Of a stretch of DNA of 56,628 nucleotides, positions 1 to 14,174 are shown one piece after another (position 1 is the stretch's first letter; each line of letters begins with the position of its first letter). The stretch is taken from positions 35,542,729 to 35,599,356 of the forward strand of contig NC_069003.1 of NCBI RefSeq assembly GCF_001194135.2. Reading direction: 5' to 3'. Source of the stretch: Octopus bimaculoides (Eukaryota). The notes under the pieces are model-generated. The model was not told the origin of the DNA. It saw nothing but the letters and a program-made list of their open reading frames with translations, and searched no databases. Position numbers and translations under genes: made by a program.

Positions 1-13
1 TTAAAGAGTAAAT

Positions 14-650
14 TTATTCAATAAAACCGCCATTGACTTCAATTACGGTCTCCAGACGATTTCGGAATCTCCTGTAAATCTTCTGGGCGGTCTCCTTGTT
101 TAAGTTGGTGGATTCTGCCATAATCCTTGCATTTAGTTCATTTTTGGTGTTACTAGGACTTTTGTTGGTCTCTCGCTCAACTGTGTCCCACACATAATAA
201 TCAAGGGTGTTGCAGTCTGAGGAGTTAGGTGGCCAGATGTTAGGAGTGATGTAGTCGCAGAAATTGTCTGGCAGACATGACTGGGTTCTCTTGCATGTGT
301 AGGATGGTTCAGAGCCTTGTTGCCAGATATAAGGTGTTCCAGCAGCCACCCTCTTGACCCTGGGCTGCACTACCTCCCCCAGGCACTTGATGTAGGACTC
401 CGTGATGAGTGTGAGCCGTGTGGGAAGATGAATGGAGGCATAACATTGCCATCACTATTGATCACTCCAAACACCATGATGTCGACTGGATGTTTGATTT
501 TTATCACTCTCGGTACATGTTTTGGGGGATACGGTAAGCCAGCAGTTGTTCTGTGTGTTCACCACCTGATCCTGGCAGAATTTTTTCTCGTCTCAGAAAA
601 AGCAAATTATGTTCGGTTGGAGGGGATGATTGAGTTTATTCAAAAGTTCC
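14..650 (-). mobile_element. Decayed Tc1/mariner transposase of the maT (DD37D) type, catalytic domain, 5'-truncated
   Basis: The frameshifted minus-strand translation gives LLNKLNHPLQPNIICFS..KNF..VFGVINSDGNVMPPFIF..IWQQ(G)SEPSY..IWPPNSSDCNTLDYYVW. I count 37 residues between the mutated second catalytic position and the D of TLDYY. Confidence 0.9.
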
Positions 651-1733
651 GCACAGGGCCAGGATCGTTCGTTCGTATTGACCCGAAATATAAGTTTCTA
701 TTTTGCAGGCGTGCGCAGAGAAATCGACGATCCTATTCAATTTTCAGCCATCTTCTCACTTTATGAGACAGAATGATTGGACTACATTATTGAGTACGTG
801 TTTCATTCTGACACTGTTACAGTATGAGCTTAGTGAAATGTAACCAATATTTCTAACAGATCGAATAGTTTGCTCTTGAAGTTAGAATTAGTTAATTAAG
901 GAAATGAGGATATTATCTTGCGAAGGACAACTGAAACAAGGTAGAAATTATATCGTATACCAAAAGCTTATATATTTCTCATGGTTGTGCAGTTAGGACA
1001 TTTTCAAACGTATTACAAACATTCTTTTACGTCAAAGGATATATTTTCAGGAAGTGGAGAAATTATATATTTAGGCATCCACACAAAATACTTTCTTTCT
1101 AAAATCTGATACCCAGTCATTCGCAGTGACTGCAGCTGTTCTGCAACGAATTTGCTTTTTAGAAGCTTTGGGATCCCTCACATTGCCGACCACTCGTCAG
1201 AGATACAATAATTGTAATACAGAAGTATGCTCCAGACAATATATGCTTTGTTATGAGGCAGAAGAAGACAATTCAGAATTTTGAGACAAGCGATGAAGCA
1301 CAAAACATAGGGCAGCTTTAGTGATTCACTACATGTGGTGCATGAGGAAATACTGTCGTTCTATGATGTCCCGGTGTAAAAGACAAATCATTGCTAATAG
1401 AAAATTTACGCAGTCTCTTGCACGTAGCTCAGTAAAAGATACAATGTACAGATTTATGCAACTCTGTGCAAGATCATAGCATACGTATAAAGTGGGACGT
1501 ACAAGTTACTCATTAATTTGCCACACAAACAACTACGTCGAGGAAAGTTTTTCTTTTCGTGCAATAATTTATATTTGTCTCAAATACTACAACCACAATT
1601 CACTTTTCATAGTTGAGCGAGGGTGTGCATATATCTCTGTTGCTGTAAGAGGGGCAAGTGAGGGGGAAAGATTACGCTCTACGTATATTATTCTTTCCTA
1701 TGTCCTTGTCTCTGTCCTGTCTCTTTGTCATGC

Positions 1734-1765
<32 letters not shown>

Positions 1766-1830
1766 GTCTCTCTCTCTATCTCTCTCTCTCTCTCTTTGTT
1801 GTGACATGTACGTATGTATACATATACATT

Positions 1831-1868
<38 letters not shown>

Positions 1869-3887
1869 GCATACCACACGAAAGCTTGAAAATTCTTGCA
1901 ATACTTTTCAGCAGTCAACGAAGTATGTGAACAAAATAGTGTTTTTCCACTTAATCTTATTTGTTTTGTTTCCTCGTTTATTTGCTAGCATTTGTTAACC
2001 TAGGTCCTTTTGTTGCTGTTTTCGATTTCATTTGACGTCATTTAAAACATGAGAAGCGGTAATTGCTATCTATTAAAAAGTTATGCTAGATATGAATAAA
2101 TACACATAAAAAAATGTATAAAACATATATGCTAAACGACGTTTCACGGTTGAGTATAAATATCATTGTATAAATTATACATGAAAATAAATTTTCCAAC
2201 TCTTAATTCATTATGTTCAAACTGCATCTATACAATATTTGTAAATTTGATTACTTATGCCGCCAAATGAGATTCACGATAAATAATTATGGTATTTAAA
2301 TTAAAATATCATAGGAAGGTGGTGTGATTAAACTTGGATTTAAAAGAACCCTCAACAGACTGCTTTAGAGTTTCAAGATATTTTCAATTTTATAACAGCT
2401 ATTTACATTTTTTACAGTTTATAAAAGCATTGGAAGCGTCATTATTTCGACCAAATGGCCACAACTCATTTTGTCCGTAAAATATCAACATAATATTTAA
2501 TCTAATATCATTTACACACATATGTGCAACACATTTTAGAAATCCCTCTAAATTATCTAATAGCTATCTTAGCAAACTTGTCGGACCGAAGATCTAAAGG
2601 GAAAACTTCGCAAACTTTTAACATATGGCAGGAGTTCATTTCTCTTTAATCTCTTCTCTGAGACCGATGTGTTCAAACCGCCGAGAAAAAATAAAACACC
2701 ATTAATATCATTTGAAACTAGGCTTGTTAATTTCGCTTACATAGTATATCAGTTACAAAGTAAATGCCACCATTTACAAATTGATAAGCATGTTTTTTAT
2801 GGATGTTCTGATGTATTCTTCGAAGGCATGTTTAAAATCACTTTTTTTAATTATTATTTGGTGAAAACGTGTATTTGTGATACAAAAGAATTTACAAGTA
2901 TTTCGAATAAAGATTTATAGCATCATGTATGAATTAAAAATCTTCAAAATTAAGATGTTACAATAAATCTCTGCTAACTGACACTTTCGATTCATTATAA
3001 TGTGTTTAAATATGCGATGCAGAAATATTCTATTATGAACACAAATAACCTTCTGTTATTAAAACTGAAAATCCATAACTAATGTAGCTTTATTTTTAAT
3101 GATATCAGCGATCAATAAAATTAAACGCCAGCAAATGTCAGTTGATAGTATCTAAATGATGATATACAGGAGTTTGAACGACGACCAACCGCTTTGCAAA
3201 ATAGCCTTAGACCTAGTCAAGAAAGAGACGCTTCCAGATGACACATACATGCACACACACACGAACGCTGACACACACACACACATGTGCACACATACAT
3301 GCACGCGCACACGCACACACACACACACACGCACACACGCACACACACGCGCACACACAGAGTAAAAATTTATGCTTTTGTCTCTCACTTCGCTGAGAAG
3401 GTACTAAAAGATTACAGGATCAAATACATATTGCTAAAATTAGCAACCCATGAAAGAAAAATAATAGGAAATAATAACAGAGAAAATTACAGAATTCACA
3501 TTGATAGTTACCAGCCAGTGAAGCAAAAGTTGAGAGAACCTTTTGATCAATAAAAATACAAATATGCATATATATGCATATACAAACATACAGACACACC
3601 AACAAACAAATACACATGCACACACACAGACACACTTACACACCAGCACACACATATAGGTAAAGGAAGAAAGGTATATACTTGAAGATACGTTATGATT
3701 TAGTAAATTACAACAGCTGTTTCAAGAGGAATAAGCATATTAAATTCCATAATGACGTAAATTAGGATATATAATTAACAAATTAGCTTAAAATACAATA
3801 ACTGTAGAACAATGCTTATCCCAAATCTTCAGGAATACTATTGGCTATGCTATCCACATGCACATACATAAGCCAGAGAATCAGGAT

Positions 3888-3958
<71 letters not shown>

Positions 3959-4458
3959 CCTACATACATACATACTCGGACACACATAAATATACACATA
4001 TATACGTATGCATGTTTACAAATATATTCATACACATATATACACAATCATTTACAATGACACTCATGCACAAGTACATACATATATACATTTACTTACA
4101 CGCACGGGCGCATATATATGTGTGTGTATACTATTACATGCAGACAATCCAAATAAAAGTACAAACTCACGGACCCGACATTCACAAAATATATATATAA
4201 ATACTTAGATGTACATAAATAGTTATATGGATATACATGAGTATCAAAATACACAAAATATATGCAAACTTTAAAAAAACAGCACTTATACAGTCACAGT
4301 AGTCCTAACTAAGATATCTTATGGTCAAAGCTGGCTTAAACCTAAAATCAAATTTTAAATTCATATTATTGAAATTAACATTAGAGTACAAAGTGTTTAA
4401 CAGCTCTCTAATGAAGTTGGGAAACTTATATGATGGGCTTCTTTCAGTTTTTCTCCAC

Positions 4459-4594
4459 CTAATTCATCCACAAGGCTTTAGTAGGTCCAGGTCTATAGTA
4501 GATGACACTTGCCCAAAGTGCCATGCAGTGTGGAACTGAACCCAGAACCATGTGGTTGAGAAGCAAACTTTCAATCGCACAGCAACGCCTGCGA
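4459..4594 (-). mobile_element. SINE family A, tRNA-like head and central domain (fragment)
   Basis: Reverse complement matches the intact copy at 55156 (cgcaggcgttgctgtgcg..accacatggttctgggttcagttccac..ggcactttgggcaagtgtc..ctactatagacc). Confidence 0.85.
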
Positions 4595-6238
4595 TTATAT
4601 AAATATACATGACTTGTCTGTGTACAAGTTATTTGTTATCAGTTGATAAGTAATTTCAATGATATTTAAATGAAAAGTAACATTTTAACCTATGAATTGT
4701 TTGTAGCGGATTTTGACTTATACTGTGACTTTATTCCTGTTCTCTGAAATTATATACCCCGATGGGAGCTGGCATAAAGTAGTGATCCAAAATCTTGGTA
4801 TGTAACTTGGCAGATCATAGTAGCCTGTTCAAATTTTTTCATGGAAAGATTAATCATCGATGCGCTCTATTTTTATAGATCAGTGTACTCCTGTAGAGAT
4901 GGGTGTTACAGATTTGAACGGAAATAAAATTACAGGAAAAAGTCAAAAGTAAAAGGTTAGATCTCATTTAACTATAATAAAAACAGTTAAAGTCATTAAA
5001 CAAATACTATTTAAAGTTACGTATTTACTGACAATACAACACTTGTACATAACACAATTTATAGAATGGCATTAAACTTATGCGAAAAAAAAAAGGTCGC
5101 AATTTATTCAATATCTTAAACTAAAAGAATATAACAAAAAGCCAATAAATCAGTCATTTATTAGTTTTTCTGTAACATTTATCAATGAATTTGTTACCGT
5201 GTGACATTTCTCTTCCAGTTTCATCGGAACAACAAGTATTGTTGTTACTACTAGAGCTTTTTAGAAAAGAATAACTTCCGAGTTATAAGTTTTCTCAAGT
5301 TATGAAGTGATGTTGCTGCCCACTTAACAGTGGTGAAGAAAAATTTACAATCAGCAAAATTACAATCCAAAATAACAACTGTATTCTTTTGTTATGATTA
5401 AAATGCCATGAATTTGTCGGATACAATAAATTGTATCGATCAAATATCCTACTGATGATATGTTAAATTCATATTGACTGATCAAACAGTGACTTTATCT
5501 GGGTGCAAGTACGATACCAGAACGAATCTTAGAGGTATTAGTATAGTTAATGCAATATAATATTAAATAGTTTTATCTTTACTCCAATAGTGTTTGAAAG
5601 AATGTGAGCTTAAGGTTTCTAGCTAACAACAAACTATTCTTTAATTTTCACGCAATTAATTACGCTGAAAGTTGTATTTGCCAGACACTGATAATTATTT
5701 AGAAGGTACGAACTTCCAAATTTTGCCTCGGAAAACGGCATGAAAGATGCTACTAACTACAAGTTTTTGTTTTGTATATATGTATAGTCGCATAAGTGTG
5801 GAGTCTGTGGATATTTTGCGCTTTCTGTGTTAGTGAAACAGATCTTATAGAAAGGTTGACAGTTTATCACAGGAAAATTTTCCACCGGGAGAAACTGCAT
5901 TGTGAACTGCAGAACAACAAATTTTGCTGTTCAGCACTGCTTATTTTGAACTATTTATCGATACTTCTCACAGTAGTCTTAAAAACAAAAACTGTCAACC
6001 CCTTCTGTGGTTCCTGGTATCGTGTCTGCTGGATCATGTGTTGTATCTTGAAAAATATCTATAGAGCTTGGGAATCATAGTGGCTTAAATCTTATCAAAA
6101 GCATTAAACTCGGTCGAAATATGTATTATGTAATTGGATGAAAGATCAAAGAATCATTAGTGATACTGAATTCAATAAACGGTAATTGAAACATATAATT
6201 GACATAACTTTCTGAAGGAAACACACACACGCACACGC

Positions 6239-6276
<38 letters not shown>

Positions 6277-7119
6277 TCTCTCTCTCTCTCTCACACACAC
6301 ACACTCACTCACACAGATCTATATACATGAAGCTAGAATTTTGAGTTGAATGTTTGTGGTCAACTCAGCTCACTAAAAAATGACGTTAAACTAAATCCAA
6401 CCCATGCCAGTATAGAAAATAGATGTTGGATTTTGATAATAATTGAAGAATCATATTTAAAACAAAGAGCTGAGTAATTCTATCATTTTATTTATTTATT
6501 GGTAACTGCAGTTTTTGCAAATATCTGACTATTACCCCTTCCATTTAGTTATCTTATTTCCAAAACAGATGTAAACGCTGTAAATTATTGCGTCTAAACA
6601 TTTTGAAATTGGTGTGCAATGTACACTTGACTCTTAAAACCCTCAAACGATTTTCACCTCAAGCGTTTCTTTAAATCATACTCGCTCGTCTTTTGCAGCT
6701 CTCCATTTAGATTTCGCTGCTCAATCTAAAACTGGAGGATTAGAGAATTAGTCAAGTAAATTACTAACACTCGATTGGCCTGCATATTTCTTGAAGAAAT
6801 TTTGTATTGACTGGTCAAACTTTCGGTGAAAAGCTGCAACCATTAATATGCGAGTGATGGACCTAGAAATTCAAATTTATTAACATATGCTATATCTAAG
6901 CTATATCGCGGTTGAAACACTTTTTCCAAAAGTAACTTCCTCCCTAACTAAACGAAGAAATAGGATGAGTATGGTTCTACTTTTATGCATCTTAATAAAT
7001 TTTAATAAACTCTCAGAATGAAGAACAAAACATTTTTCACCCCTGAAATACAACTCATGCATCAAGAAAGGTATACATACATACATACATACATACATAC
7101 ATACATACATACATGCGCG

Positions 7120-7168
<49 letters not shown>

Positions 7169-7223
7169 ATGCACTCATATATATTTATGTGTCTGTGTAT
7201 AGAGAGACACAGAGACAGATGGC

Positions 7224-7302
<79 letters not shown>

Positions 7303-8348
7303 TGCTTTCACTCGCGCTTTGCACGGCCGTAACAGTCGTCGTTGCTGCTGTTGTTGATAATAATCTAGGATATGTACTAAAACCTTTGCATGAATATATC
7401 TGAATGGAATAAAAATTAAGGCAGTTCTAGCCTCAGCAAATTGTTGTATGAACAACGTTGGTAACTTCTTTTAGATATTCTTATTACTAAGTCTACAATT
7501 TGCGGATGCAACCCAGTCAAATCCAGTTCTGATTCAGATTTATTGACTAACATTTCGAAAATCACTCAAGCTGGAACCTGACATTGCACAAGAATATGTA
7601 GCGAAATCGTTTCAGGAGTTCTCACTTTAATTCTGATAGAATGTCATGTTTTTAAAACATAACAATTTGGTCTTCTATCAGGGGTTCATTTACTCAATAC
7701 GGTATTCGAATTCTCCTTCCATTGCGAATTCAATTAACCTTATTTAAATTTTGCAAAAACATTATAACACAAATTTTAAGTGTTTTCTGTTTTTACGATT
7801 AACATATGAGACTGGGAAAAACGAATAACGTTACCGCTATTTCAGTATTCTAGAATTAAAGTGTTCATGACAGAAATCAAGAATATTGATAATTTTCTTA
7901 CTTATAGAATGAAAACCATTATTGATAGAGAATATTAATGGCATCATTCGTAATCAGAGGAAGCTGATAATGGTTTATATCATAAATTTAAAAAAAAGGA
8001 CAATACGTTGGATAATTTGTGGGTAAGTTCAGTATGTTGATGTGAAATTTTCTATGGATTCTATTAATACTGATTCGATATAAAGTTTGTAGGAAAAATT
8101 AAGTTAGCAAAAACTTGATTACGCTGTTCTTCAACATATAAATTCAACCCAGTTCACTCTCTACATATATTATAAGTAGCCGTTGGTTATGGCAGATCAG
8201 AAAGTTACCATTGGTTCCTTGTCTACCATTGCTCTTAACAATGAAGGTACATCATCAGACACACTACCAGAAGATACATAACACCTATCCTAATGAACGC
8301 GTACATAAAATATTACTGTTCAAATAAACTTTTGACTGGATATATATA

Positions 8349-9193
8349 NNNNNNNNNNNNNNNNNNNNNNNNNNNNNNNNNNNNNNNNNNNNNNNNNNNN
8401 NNNNNNNNNNNNNNNNNNNNNNNNNNNNNNNNNNNNNNNNNNNNNNNNNNNNNNNNNNNNNNNNNNNNNNNNNNNNNNNNNNNNNNNNNNNNNNNNNNNN
8501 NNNNNNNNNNNNNNNNNNNNNNNNNNNNNNNNNNNNNNNNNNNNNNNNNNNNNNNNNNNNNNNNNNNNNNNNNNNNNNNNNNNNNNNNNNNNNNNNNNNN
8601 NNNNNNNNNNNNNNNNNNNNNNNNNNNNNNNNNNNNNNNNNNNNNNNNNNNNNNNNNNNNNNNNNNNNNNNNNNNNNNNNNNNNNNNNNNNNNNNNNNNN
8701 NNNNNNNNNNNNNNNNNNNNNNNNNNNNNNNNNNNNNNNNNNNNNNNNNNNNNNNNNNNNNNNNNNNNNNNNNNNNNNNNNNNNNNNNNNNNNNNNNNNN
8801 NNNNNNNNNNNNNNNNNNNNNNNNNNNNNNNNNNNNNNNNNNNNNNNNNNNNNNNNNNNNNNNNNNNNNNNNNNNNNNNNNNNNNNNNNNNNNNNNNNNN
8901 NNNNNNNNNNNNNNNNNNNNNNNNNNNNNNNNNNNNNNNNNNNNNNNNNNNNNNNNNNNNNNNNNNNNNNNNNNNNNNNNNNNNNNNNNNNNNNNNNNNN
9001 NNNNNNNNNNNNNNNNNNNNNNNNNNNNNNNNNNNNNNNNNNNNNNNNNNNNNNNNNNNNNNNNNNNNNNNNNNNNNNNNNNNNNNNNNNNNNNNNNNNN
9101 NNNNNNNNNNNNNNNNNNNNNNNNNNNNNNNNNNNNNNNNNNNNNNNNNNNNNNNNNNNNNNNNNNNNNNNNNNNNNNNNNNNNNNNNNNNNN
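8349..9193. other. Assembly gap (largest of 17 N-runs)
   Basis: A run of N. Nearly all gaps abut microsatellites. Confidence 0.99.
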
Positions 9194-11883
9194 TAATAAA
9201 AACAACAGGTATTACTCTTTCGATGAAAAGGGTCCTACCAGTAGATTTCTGAGAAGCAAATCTCACTCTGACTAAAAGGCTTTAGTATTTCAAATGGGTT
9301 AAGGAAATATATATCTCCATTTCAGCTGTTCATACAAATCGTAATTGTTTGCGCTGGATACAAATAGTTTGATAAAATATTTAAAAAATGTTTAGTCACT
9401 GTCTCAAAGGATTATGCTAAATGAGTAACGAACTTAATTTTAGTCATAATTCGTTGAGTCTTTTTCTTTTCGTCTGAAAAGTACTAACAGCGAACATGCT
9501 TCATCATAAAATAGATAATAATTTACAGCAAAGAATAATGGTAATATCTATTAAACAAAACAATACTTATAAATGCTGTTATCCGATTCCGTTTCTTTTT
9601 CTTCTTTTTTTTTTTTGGCATTTATACGTAACATTAAATGTATCACCCGCTACATGTACAAAATCGTTTTTAAGTAATAAAAGTTTTATATGTAAAATAG
9701 CAAATTTAGTTACCTTGTAATATTTCTTATCACGTTGTTTTGTGGTGACAATTGTGTTGGTTGAGTGGTAGTAATTTCAGCAATTTGGTGAGGACATTAA
9801 CGTTTTTTTTTTTTTACATTGAGCCTTGTAAAAGTATGTTTATATTTGAACGGTAAGAGATGCTCGTTCATGAAAGAAATGGACTTAATGTCATGCAGTA
9901 TCCAAAAATTGGTGCCACATCTTGAGTTCAAAACCGTCAAAGATTGTCCTTGTTATTTATTCATTTAGAAGAGGAATTTGTTATTTATTCCTCTTGAAAC
10001 AGATATAAGCAAAATTAATTTAAAGATAATATCTCCTTGAAAACTGCATTGGATATATACACCAGTTTTCCGTGAACCGTTCGTGAAGCACATTTGTCCA
10101 AAGTTTCAGACTTGTTTAATTTCTGACTTCTTTAATCCCAGTTTGGAAAGACAATGTTGAAATTGAAAGTTTTCTAAGCAAATTATTATAAGTGGGTCTG
10201 TTGTAAGTTGTGGTTTCCTGATGTGTGGAGTCCTTTTACTATAGATAGGTCGCGTGGTTGCATACGTGGTCGACTAAAACAAACAGTATTGAATAAGAAC
10301 GAACAAAGCTGAGACTATCTGCTTCCAAGTGAATCTCTGAAAGAACTGAAGGCAAAGCAAATAACTTTTTTCTCATTTCTTAATAAATCTAAAGCAAAAT
10401 GCGAAAAGTATATTCACAGGAATCTTCTGTGTGTACATCAAAAGCAACATTTCACAATTGTACGCAATCAAAATTACATGTACTATTTCCTCTGCAAAAT
10501 ATCTTTACATGAATAAGTTTATTTTTCATTTTTTTTATTTTTAATATGTATATATAATATATATTTATTTTATTATTTAAAAGCAAATGACCACGTCATG
10601 GTTTGCCTACTAAAAACAACTTGTCGGAGCAGGGGGTGTTAGTGCGTAACAGAGATAAAGAACTACAAAGAACGTAGGCAAAGATCTAAGCTAGACTAGG
10701 TAAATTTGAGATGTGTACATCACAGGAACCGCAAACTTCAAGAAAAAAAGTCACTTTTATCTTTCTCCGTCTCCCTTTCTTTACATTTTCTTATACTGCA
10801 TCTGGGATCAAACGCTAGCATTTTGGTATATACTCACATGAAGATATTCAGCTTTATACACACACATGCAACTTAAACATGTATACAAATATGAACATTT
10901 ATGCATGTATATGTATTTCCTTGTATCATATACACATTCGCACATACATGTTATCAGCACACACGCATATACTTTCGAAGTTATGAAAAACGTGTGTCTG
11001 TGAGAACGTAACTTCAAAGGCTGTGTATGTAAGTATGTATTATGTATATACATACACATATGCTATCATGTAGTCACACAGTGAGTCTGCACATTCAAAT
11101 AAACGTTGCCATAGCAAATAAAAGCTAACAAAATTCGGCACATACATATACACACACCAAATTTAAGCTTTCAACAGTATCATATTTTACTGCTTGTTTT
11201 CAACCCAGAAATTTTTAGTTATATTTACCAGAGAAAACACACAAGGGGATTCTTTATTTTAGTATTTTTTTTATTTTTATTTTTCGCCTGTTTTATCAAG
11301 TTGCCCCCTACATCCTTTTTCTTACTCTCAGATCTCCTCGAAAAGGGACAGTTAGACATAGTTTAGTTAATATTTACCGAAACAGCCGACAGCAGCTGTG
11401 GAAGTGACTTTGAAGACTATTTCAGAAAGCAAAAGAAAATTAGTTAATTTTTCACCAGTAGCNNNNNNNNNNNNNNNNNNNNNNNNNNNNNNNNNNNNNN
11501 NNNNNNNNNNNNNNNNNNNNNNNNNNNNNNNNNNNNNNNNNNNNNNNNNNNNNNNNNNNNNNNNNNNNNNNNNNNNNNNNNNNNNNNNNNNNNNNNNNNN
11601 NNNNNNNNNNNNNNNNNNNNNNNNNNNNNNNNNNNNNNNNNNNNNNNNNNNNNNNNNNNNNNNNNNNNNNNNNNNNNNNNNNNNNNNNNNNNNNNNNNNN
11701 NNNNNNNNNNNNNNNNNNNNNNNNNNNNNNNNNNNNNNNNNNNNNNNNNNNNNNNNNNNNNNNNNNNNNNNNNNNNNNNNNNNNNNNNNNNNNNNNNNNN
11801 NNNNNNNNNNNNNNNNNNNNNNNNNNNNNNNNNNNNNNNNNNNNNNNNNNNNNNNNNNNNNNNNNNNNNNNNNNNNNNNNNNN

Positions 11884-11945
<62 letters not shown>

Positions 11946-13680
11946 GATTTTGAATGTGTGAAACTTTTTTTATGTCATTGTAAATGATATTACTTTCGAT
12001 GTATGTTTATTCATTGATTGTTATCTTAATCTTGCAAAATTCCCAAGTGGAAAATCATGAATGTTTTTCACACACATTTAAATACCAAAATCTTTCTGTT
12101 ATTTCTCACAGTAAGTAACCAATTCCTTCTCCATTTAATTTGGTGAGATCTTACCAAATTGATTTATATTTAATGCTAATATATTATTCTTTGGGTAAAT
12201 ATCTACATTTTTCTCACATCATTTCTTTTTGTGTAATATTTTAACTCAATTCTCCCTTTTTATTTGAGTTATTTCTATCGGCTGTATGACAGAGAGTACT
12301 GAAAATGTAATCTACGGGAATAGTCTTGGCTAGGCTACTTAAAGAATATGTACGAAGTGTCATATCCCATTTTCTGAAGCAGTCTACAACACCTGCTTAC
12401 TTGAAAGATATAACATGAACTAGACATCAACAAACGTAAAGTAGAAATAACGGAAGAACACAACAAACGCTGATCCAATGCTTCAAAGGCTTTCGTGTTG
12501 ACGCGTTCATCTAGAATGTTTACATCAGTAAAAACACTGTACCTAGAAACACCAAAACCAGAAATAGTTTGCTTTTTGTTGAACTTTTGGTGGGAGATAA
12601 AATCGTCTCTGTTCTCTTTTCTTTTTTTTTTTCTTTCAAATCATTGATTATTTTTGTAAAAGAATATCGTATATTGTGGTAATGATTGTTATTGTTGTGA
12701 TGAAAAAGGCGCATCTTTCTGTTATTCAATAAATTCATTCATAAATTCTGTCTAAACACTTTTTAACACATGTTTTCGAAATGCTATATTGATAAAAATA
12801 GAAATAATCCGAGAATGAAGCTAATCTTGCAAATAAAATATATTTATTACTTCTTTTCAAAGTTGGTAATAATGTTACTTGTAAATAATATAATCGATAG
12901 TTAATTTATTACATGTACAAACAATACTTAAAACATGTCTTATTGATTAAAACAAAGATAACCTAATTAAGACAAATATTTCTTTATGTTTCTCCAATGA
13001 CCAAATTGAACTACGAATAATTTCTAATTAATATTGTTAAGCTATTCATTTTAATCTATTTTTTATGAACTTTATTAATGTTCTCTCACCTACCCTTCGC
13101 ATGTTTATTATACACCCTTCGTTCTTATTTCTCGCCCACTATTGTATTTCACTTTGTCAGTTCCAGCGGTCTTTACATGTTTCATGTCTCATTAATTGTC
13201 TTTTTTCTCATCTTTCTTTTTTCCTCGTGCCACGTGTTCTCAACTATTATTTTTCTACACTCCCCCCACTTCTTTTACTTCTTATCATGATACGTTGGAT
13301 TTCTTAGTTTTGTCTTCGTCAATCTGTATTTCGTTTATCTGTCTATTGGCCTTCCACTGTTGTCTCCTTGCCAGCTGCATGATTCTTTCTCTTTACGCTG
13401 TTTAGCTTTTTCCCCCTTTCGTTACAAAACTCTTTTTCCCTACTCAATAATGTCCCTCGAGTCCTGTTTATTTCGGTGTCGCAATTACAATATCTATACT
13501 CACTCTATTTTTCACCCTTTCTTCACTCGCTCTATTCCAAAATTACCCCACTTTGGAGTATACTGCCATGTCGCCTTTGTTACTTCCTTTCTTTTAGCAT
13601 TGTTCCCTGAAAATTTAATTTTGTTTTCCAGCCAAACGATAACTTCTTACTCTTTTTAATGAGTTGTTTTGCTCTTCCAG

Positions 13681-13955
13681 ATTTGCGAGAAACTGCTTTC
13701 GTATACGCCATAACTGCAGCCGGTGTAACTTATTCTGTAACCCAAGCGTGCAGTGAAGGAGCACTTCTTCAATGTACATGTGACCGAAATAATATTAGAG
13801 ATAAATCAACAGACGGTAAATGGGCGTGGGGAGGATGTGGGGATGATGTAAATTTTGGGTACCTAAAGTCGAAGGAATTTATGGACGCGAAGAAAAAGAA
13901 GCGGTGTGATATAACTACAAAAATTCGTATGCACAATAACGAAGCTGGTAGACTA
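13681..13955 (+). CDS. Wnt6: Wnt6, penultimate coding exon
   Basis: Acceptor gctcttccag| at 13680 and donor |gtaagt at 13956. The exon is 275 nt (phase 1 in, phase 0 out) and encodes (D)LRETAFVYAITAAGVTYSVTQACSEGALLQCTC..WAWGGCGDDVNFGYLKSKEFMDA..MHNNEAGRL. AITAAG/VTQACS/LLQC and WGGCGDDVxFG..KS..FMDA match Wnt6 as I recall it. Confidence 0.93.
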
Positions 13956-14174
13956 GTAAGTATATACGAAACATTTTTGCTATTTATCATCATATTTTAA
14001 CTCTTCCATCTAAATGTGTTGCTTTTGAATAATAAAATAAGGAACATTATAATATAACAAATGCCAAGATTGCTTGATGCTGTTTCAGTGGCAGAGCGCC
14101 ACTTTCGCCCAGTCACAATTGATAAAAATTCTCATCTTTCAATTAGACACAATATGTTATGAAAATTTAAATTA

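Noticed and set aside
317-766. 149-aa + strand ORF
   Set aside because: It is the antisense frame of the maT transposase remnant and has no independent protein signature.
7116-7166. (CG)n(CA)n tracts with Z-DNA potential (also 21905, 47260 and 49670)
   Set aside because: They are a ubiquitous by-product of the microsatellite landscape, with nothing locus-specific.
7448-7546. MNNVGNFF*IFLLLSLQFADA.. resembling a signal peptide for Wnt6 exon 1
   Set aside because: It has an in-frame TAG, no LWW motif and no suitable donor, so it is probably chance hydrophobicity in AT-rich DNA.
13659-14000. ORF-track boundaries for the first Wnt segment
   Set aside because: The ORF runs into intron on both sides. 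Splice signals define the exon as 13681-13955.
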